Part shown: positions 56,038 through 64,000 of the stretch, piece by piece
How the letters are laid out: the number at the start of each line of letters is the position of its first letter
Numbering within the stretch: the first letter of the stretch is position 1
Origin: the human T2T-CHM13v2.0 reference genome, Homo sapiens
Assembly (NCBI RefSeq): GCF_009914755.1
Contig: NC_060937.1
Length of the DNA stretch: 64,000 bases
Direction: 5' to 3' (one strand)
Position numbers and translations under genes: made by a program
The notes under the pieces: generated by a model
The model's database searches: none
What the model saw: only the letters and a program-made list of their open reading frames with translations
What the model was told of the DNA's origin: nothing

Positions 56038-57559
56038 AAAAAAGGGTCAAATATGCTCTTTTAGATATTGCAGTATGAAAATCTGTAATTAAATCTGTAT
56101 TAGAACTGAATAATAAATTGAATTATTTGCTTCATACACATCACTGAAAAATATATCTAGACAACCAAGATGTTTTTCCAATGAAAAGAAAGTTAGTGCT
56201 ACTCTGTCTGAGTCCCACATAATGTTTTTTATTCTTTTTATAGCACATTTTACATCCAAGAGCTTTACAAATGTGAATCAATTAATTCTCCTTGAAACTA
56301 ATAGATAGTATTTTTTAATCTCTCTGGGGAGACAATGTATTATAGGCTCCTGATCTTATTCAACACTCAGACTCTTGCTTGACTGGCAGTGTAAAACAAT
56401 CAAGTTTGAACTAGAAGAAAATTATTTTCTATCTTTAAATCTTGATAAATGTTCTTGAACATTCCCACACATAGCTTCCGCATAAAATAGCTAATTACTG
56501 AAGATATAAAAAAAAAAGTTAAGATGTTTTTCTCTTTCATTATGACAAGTGTCAGAGTGAAACTTGGATACTAAACATTACCTAATTCTCTGCTCTTAGT
56601 CTCGCTATGTATGATGCCACCTTTTCCTTCAAAGACCAAGATCACATTGTCCTTCCTTTCCTCACTTCTCTCTTAAAAGACACACATATTTAAGTCCGTA
56701 ACTATTGATAGCTGTCCCCCTATAATTGATAGCTAATTCTATCAGCGATACAATTAGCTCATAAATATTTATACTTGAGAAATATCCCCCTATGTTGGTA
56801 GCTAATTAAATTCCTCTTCATTTAACCTAATATAGCTCAGGACTATATTTTAAAATACACAAAAAATGAAACAAGAAGTATTCTTAATAATGCAATCATT
56901 TTCTTGAACTTCTTAGAACATTTAGCACAATGCCCTGAATATCGTGGGTGCTCAAGAAATATTTTCTCCTGTCAAGTATTCATAGCCCGGTGAGGCAGAC
57001 AGGCACAACTAATTACAATAAAAATGCTCTAAGAGATTAACACAAAGTGGGGTGGGAATAGGGAAGAGGAAGTGATTAATTCTGTCTGGGGCTTCTGAGG
57101 CTAGGAATGGTGAGAGATGATGTATTGTCAAAGCTTTAAAAATCCTTCAAATCTAGGAAAGATGCTATGCATTGCTTTAGGTTTAACATCCAGGTCAGCT
57201 GGATGTGGATCCATCATCACATTATGACTAGGTCAAGTTCTATTATGGACCTACTCTGAAAAGAGCCCTTCTTGGTAAATTATCTCAGCTGAGACAAAAA
57301 AAAAAAAAAAAAAAAAAATACATAAGAGGAAGGTTTTCCATTTTTACAGATTCTGCCCCAGTGTGATTATTTAAGTTGATTTCAGAGTCTAGCACTTCTA
57401 GTCATGGCCAGGAAAAAATGCTGCATGAATATATTCACTTTATGCAAGGTCAAGGCTTTAGGCAAAACATTGCTGGCATCTGGGTTAAAGGATGTTTGAA
57501 TGGGAAACAACCATTGGAAGTTAAAGATGGAGACCTCCTGAGAAACTTAGGATCTTCTT

Positions 57560-57886
57560 CCCAGAAGCTATTGTGCTTACACTCTCAGAATAATAAACCT
57601 AGGGACCTTTGCCTCCCCAGAGACAATTTATTTACTTTAGAAAGTTGAAGTCTTTCTCTTTTCTTCTCCAGGGGAAAGACAGGCAGCTGGCTCAGCTGCA
57701 CGGTATGAGTTCTGAGACACATATTTTCCAAGCTCCTCTCCTGTGGTACAAACCCCTGTATACACAGGGTACATCTGGCTATTAGGTCCCCCACTGGGGA
57801 CTGGGGCATGGGGAACCAGTGCTAAGTTTGCTATGTAAGTAAATAATTTGTCTGTTCTCTGATCCAAAAAACCTCATTTCCTGTCA
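57560..57886 (+). mobile_element. ERVL LTR fragment (MER74/MER73/MER54-like)
   Basis: ggggactggggcatggggaaccagtgc...gtaaataatttgtctgttctctgatcca. Confidence 0.5.
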
Positions 57887-58199
57887 CGGATTAAGAGATA
57901 TAAATATGAAGTAATTATCTCTTGATTTTATTCTTCTTAAATTTTGCTGAATTTTTATCCCATCCTTCACATAGATATTTTCTTAAGTTTTTAACTATAG
58001 TCATCATTTAACAAAGTGATTTTTATAATTACAAATTGTAATATTCTTTGAATTTGTAGCGAATAATTTTAATTCTTCAATCAGTCGATGAATTTTCCAC
58101 ACCTATTCTTAGGAATTAAAATATTAATTTGAATTTTAAAAAATTTCTTTGCCTCTGCTATTTAGGAGCAATTTACAAAACCTACCTTCCCTTTTCATC

Positions 58200-58765
58200 T
58201 TCGCATGTTTGTCTTTGAGTGGCCTCTTCTCAGTCTCCTTGGGAAGTTCCTCAATCTCACCTGCCCCTTAAAAGTTGAGTTCATTTTTCAAGCTTCCTCT
58301 CTTCTCATTCTACCAATTCTCCCTGGGTGTTTTCCAGGATTTCAACTCTCAATGACTATTCTCAACTATACATCTCCAGCTGAGACTTCTCACCTAACAG
58401 CCCTATTCTGCATTGTACTGTCTGGTTGACTTTTCCACTGGGATATCTCACAGGCATCTCAAACTCACAGATCGAAAGTGTAACTCACCACCTTTGCATC
58501 CTGAAACTCTTTCTCCATTTACCCCTTCTGATCTTATGAATGGCAACAGGTCACCAAGTCAGAATTTGAGGTTCCTCCTAGAATCTTTTTGTCTAAAATC
58601 CCAGCATCTAAACCCAAATCTTATGTAGGTTGCTTCCTTCTCTTCATCACTACCCTCACTGTTTTAAAATAGTACCTCTTATTTCTCAGATATAACTGCA
58701 GCACCTTCCTCACTGCTCTCCCTGCCTTAAGTCTTATGTCCTCCATCATCTATGTATCTCCTCAG
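58200..58765 (+). mobile_element. L2 fragment (continues past the Alu to ~59340)
   Basis: gacttttccactgggatatctcacaggcatctcaaactca L2 motif. Confidence 0.75.
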
Positions 58766-58770
58766 GAATC

Positions 58771-59062
<292 letters not shown>

Positions 59063-61339
59063 CTCCTCCAGAATCTTTTAAAGAACCCAACCAGCCCATG
59101 TCACATATTATTTAATGTTCTTCAATCACAACATTGTCCTTGAGATGACCTTCTGATTTTTCAACTTGCTACATAAAGCCTCTATGTTCTGACTCCTTTT
59201 AAAGATTTAACTGCCATTTGGCTCTAATTAGACACCTAATGTTTTGGCTCAAACTTTCACTACTGGTAATTCCTCAAATTAGTCACACATTCTTACCAAA
59301 ATGCTTTTCCATGAACATTGTACCATTTCTCTAGAATGAATTTAAATTCCAATTATTTTGTTATTCATTCATCAAGTATACATGAGTGTGCCTGCTCTGT
59401 GTCAGGCACTGTCTTCGGGGTTCATGGTACTGATCAAGGAAGATGCCATACGGGTTTACAACATGGTGAAGTCATACATTAATCAAGCCATGCTAATCCT
59501 TTACCCCGACTGCAGATGCATGGACATTAGGATCCTGCTGATCAGAGCTGACAGCTCCGTGTTGTAAAGTAATCCTTTAGGAAGAAATCAAGAACTACTT
59601 TAAACACACATAGGTTTTCTAGGATCATTAATTCCTGTATTCCTCCTTCTCTCAATTATTTGTTTTCAGTCTGTATGTACCCTAGTTTGGTTTTTCCCCA
59701 AGCCTTTATTTCTATTCAGATTCCTTTGAAAGAGAATTGCTTATTTTGCAGACCTATATAATAGAGAGGTACTTTTGGATTACTTGTCAGATTCTTATGC
59801 AGGGAGCTTTGTCTAAGGCATTTTTAGGTGCTGGACATCTAGTAGAGTGCTTTATATATGATAGGAACTCAAAAAGCACTCTGGGGAGAAGAATTATAGA
59901 CATATTAAAAAACAAAGTGGTTAGAGAATATGGATCATTTTTATAAATGTATCTTGACACAGATGTAACACAGAGGATTTGGGAACAGTGAGATGAGTAT
60001 GAGAGGATGAGATGAGTTGGAGCCAAGTCATGAAGAGTTTAGCAGCAGTGTTAAGAGAGAAAGATGAACTGAATCATAATATTGGATCAGAAGTTTATTG
60101 AATGTAGGAAAATATGTTAGGCTATCTTTATATCCTCTGTAGTCTCTGATGCATACTTGTGAATGTCAAGTAATAAATAGAAATGAGTAAAAATTAAATT
60201 AATATGAAATAAAAATATTGGTCAGTGAGATTAAATAAGAAACATATATTGGTTTTAATGTGTGCTTTACATGGTGAAATCTTTTCCCTTTCTAGAAATT
60301 TATCAGATAATTAAGTAGTGAAAGACCAAAAAGACCAGTGTTTATACTGGCATATTATTTTCTCTTCAAGTACATAATTCTGATTAAACAACTAAGATTC
60401 AAATCTTTATAGCTTTCTGCCATAAAACTAAAGAATACCTTAGACAATCCCACACTTTGGGGAGCAGACTAAAGTTACATCATTTATAAAATAGGAAAAA
60501 CACTTGGCCCTTTTCTAGTTAATAAGAAATGGGATCTATGAGACATGCAGTTAGAACTATTTAGAAGAATGGTGCTATAAAGAAAAGCCACAATGATGGT
60601 TAAAACAAATCTTCTTATTAATAAAAATTTTGATTTTTGAAAATATTATTTAAATTACACAGCGAAAAAGGAATTAAAATCTAATCATTTCTGCCAAACT
60701 GTTGAAGATAAATATGAGAAGTGTTACATACAGAAAAGGGGCTGGATAATATTTAGAAATAAACCAGCCCTAATGAAACTGAAGTAACGTTTTATAACTG
60801 TGGTCCCCAGGCATCAACAAACTCCAGATTAACTAATACTTCATACACAGTGAAAAGAGAAAATGATTGACAAACTTTCCTCTAGAGGGTTAGGAGCAAT
60901 TTTTTAAAAGTTTATAACCCATGAGCTTTAAATGCTAATAAATCAAGATACTCAAGAAAACACCACAAAACTTTGCATGTAAAATGGATAATCTTGAAGT
61001 CATACATATTTTTATGCTCTGTCTTTGCACATTATAATACTGTTGCATTGTATATAAAAATTGAGAGCAAATACTGCGTTTTTATATTAGGTTCTATTCT
61101 ATGGAATTAAATGTTTATTGATTTAATCTTCAGAAACATTCTATTATGTTTGATTGTTATTATTGTTTTACAGCAGAGAAATTTGAGGCACAGGTTCAGT
61201 AACTTGCTCCAAATCACATAGGTAGGAAGTGATATAAGTCATAGTCACAGCAATTCCATGGCCTTGGTTAGAAGGGCTGTTTTGTGTGCATTTTAAATAA
61301 AGATCTTTCTTGCAAGTAGATGGATTTCAAAAGTATGAA

Positions 61340-61704
61340 TGTCATGAACTGAATTGCATCTCCCCAGATTGAGCCCCCCAGTGTGATGGTATTTGGAGAT
61401 GGTATTTTTGGGAGGTAATTAGGTTTATATGAGGTCATGAGGGTGGGCTTTCATGATGAGATTAGTGTCCTTATAAGGAGACACACCAAAGTTTGCATTC
61501 TCTCCCAACCCCTTATGCCCCACCCCCACCAGGTGAATGTGACCAACCTTCTATAAGTCAGTGAGAGAGACCTCACCAGAAACCAACCATGCTGGAACCT
61601 TGATCTCAGGCTTCCAGCCTCTGTAACTGCAAGAAATAAATTTCTGTTGTTTAAGCCACCCAATCTATGGTATTCTATTGTGACAAGCCGAGGTGACTAA
61701 TACA
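61340..61704 (+). mobile_element. MLT1A-like MaLR solo LTR
   Basis: gtgtgatggtatttggagatgg...tttgggaggtaattaggttt...aaataaatttctgttgtttaagccaccca...gactaataca. Confidence 0.88.
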
Positions 61705-63059
61705 ATGGAGAAATTAAACAAGGCTGGCCCCTATGACAGATGTTTCTAAAAGGTTCTTTTTCTGAAAAGAACAATTATAACAAGATTTTCTTTTTTTGTA
61801 GGATGATACAGTTTTTTTTGGTCCAGTTCCATGACTTAACCAAAAGGACCTATGAATGGACTTTGTTCCTGTTCAGGAATCCTCAGATAGGAGGTAGAAC
61901 CTATACAATCCTAGCAGAGGTCCTAGTCATAACACCGGTAATCCCGTCTGAAGCAAAAGAGGTGAATCTATTATTTACTACGGAGAATTATTAGCATGAT
62001 TTAATCTACCTCATATTTCATAATTACTAAATCACATATCTTCCAGATGTTACTACCTAAATTTGTTCAAGTCCAATCTTCTATCATCTTCTCCTATGTT
62101 CACTGCTCTATTTCAGGCAATCATCATCATTTGAACCATTCCCTGCATAAATGACCTAAATGGATCCTTATAATTTATAGGGTAAAATAAAAGCCCGATA
62201 GCAAGATGTGGAAAGTCCTTCTCACCTTCTCCCTGCCCACATTTTTAGGATCATCCAAAATAGATAGTGAACTCTGCTTGTTAAACACTCTGACTTTTGC
62301 ATATTGTGCCTTTTCTGTCTTGAATGCTCATGCATGTTCATGATCATGATAGATATCCACTTGTACTGTCCTCTGTATAATTCCATGTCATTACAGAAAA
62401 GTTCAGTTCCTTCTCTCATGTTACAGTAGCCCCTCTTATAGACCTTATTACATTGTAAGATCCTTGTTTACATGCATTTCTCTTTCATCTACCTGACCGT
62501 GACCCACTTGAAGGCAAGAGCTACCTCTTGGGCAGATTTGCATTTTCAGCAACCAGATCAAAAGCTGTTTCTTAGTGTGCTCCAATAAATGCTTATTGAT
62601 TTGATTAGCTTCTTGATTCACATAATAGCTGTTTGCTTTATCTACATCAGCCTCTATTTTTTCATGCAAATTACCTACCTGCTCTTAAAATAATAATTTA
62701 TAAGTTATTACAAATTAGCCTGAAAAAAATTGAATGATAGAACAAATGTAAGGTAAGGAAGGACAAATCAGAAAATCAGAGTGACATCACAGGCCCCCAG
62801 AGTGAGTACTCTTTTGATTATTATCATCAACTTACAGATAATAAAATTGAGACCTACATTCAATAACTTGTCCCATACCATACAGATTGAACATGGTGAA
62901 GGCAAGTGTGGACCTAGAGCTCAAACTCTTTTAAAACTAAAATAAAGCAAATGAGGAGACACATTAAAGATCTTACAAAAGGCAAGTCTAGTAGACTCAT
63001 AGTACATGAGGAAGAAAGCAAAGACAAAAGTAAAAAAAAAAAAGAAAAAACTAATTTAG

Positions 63060-63220
63060 TGTGCTTATTCTGTAATAGGCACTTTAAATACATCAACTCA
63101 TTTACTTCTCATGCCAACAGCATAAGGTAGAAATTATTATTTTTCTTATTTTATGGATGAGACAAATAGAGGTGAAGAAACAGGCTCAAGGTCACCCAAC
63201 TAGTAAGTGATGGAGGAAAG
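63060..63220. mobile_element. MIR SINE
   Basis: attttatggatgagacaaatagagg...ctcaaggtcacccaactagtaagtga. Confidence 0.7.
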
Positions 63221-63846
63221 GAGCACCAAAAATGTGACTCCACAGTGCATGCCAATGAATACATGAACCCAACTCAAAAACATACATTGTGCTAAATGCA
63301 AATCCTTCAGAAAGGACATGTTGTAGTTTATATTTCCAATTGTAGCTGAACTCCTATGACCATATATTAACAAACTATGTATTTTTTGAAGACTTCACAT
63401 TCCTTAGGTCATCTTCATCTGCAGTAATTACTGTGTACTGCTCCACATACCGTTTCTCCCTCTGCCCCCTCCTTTTCATCACTGGGGTGAGTGAGTTTAA
63501 TTCTAAACATGAAGAACAATGTTTAGATTTTAATGGTAAAATAGATTTTGCCAGTGTAGAATTTACAACTTTTTAACTAAATTAAAATCCCACATCTAAA
63601 AGTCTTGAGGCAAAACATCCACAAATATCCATTAATCTATGTAAGCATACTCACTACGTACCAGAGTTCTTATATATGAAAAAATACATGTACTATACAT
63701 AAACATCACACAAATGTAATAAATACAAACATGATATAGCTTAGTTTAAATATTGTCTAAATAGATGTATAACAGCAGTTTCTTTGGGACCCAATCTCAC
63801 AGTTCTCTGAGCTGTAGAACAGGTCTATACAATGCAATGTTCTTCA

Positions 63847-64000
63847 CAGTGTCTTCCTTAGGTCAACTGTATCAGTATCAACTGGGAGTTTGTTAGAAAT
63901 GCAAATTTGGACTTTGTCTTAGTACGTGTAACTTAAATCTGGTGATGGAGAAAATGAACCTGAGTTTTGGCAAGCCCTCCTTATGATTCCTATCCACTTA
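63847..64000. mobile_element. MER5A-like hAT fragment
   Basis: atcagtatcaactgggagtttgttagaaatgcaaatt...caagccctcc...tgattc. Confidence 0.7.

Noticed and set aside
61469-61478. Perfect CArG boxes here and at ~35400
   Set aside because: They lie inside MLT1 LTRs and appear to be consensus-derived; no locus-specific evidence.

Overview
AT-rich, repeat-laden human genomic DNA. The minus strand carries the 3' half of TRPC4 (transient receptor potential canonical 4): six GT-AG coding exons (54871-55184, 46541-46736, 42661-42855, 30649-30690, 30431-30520, 28294-29016). They splice in frame from the S4 region through the pore (LFW), TRP box (EWKFAR) and C-terminal PDZ ligand VTTRL. The splice signals behind the known beta (252-nt exitron) and epsilon (+VRTQH) isoforms are visible. 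Positions ~1-23 kb are downstream intergenic DNA; from recall of the chr13q13 gene order, not from this sequence, they lie upstream of POSTN. The rest is a typical primate TE landscape: about 13 Alus including an AluYa5, MaLR LTRs, a near-full-length Tigger1 nested in L1MC, MER33/MER58/MER5A, L2 and MIR. I see no new gene system. The most unusual structure is a layered rearrangement at 0.4-2.5 kb: a local inverted duplication interrupted by an Alu that then captured ~320 bp from another Alu locus 10 kb away. There are also a near-perfect 57-bp tandem duplication and a small templated-repeat cluster. Repeat subfamily names and boundaries were read by eye and are approximate.
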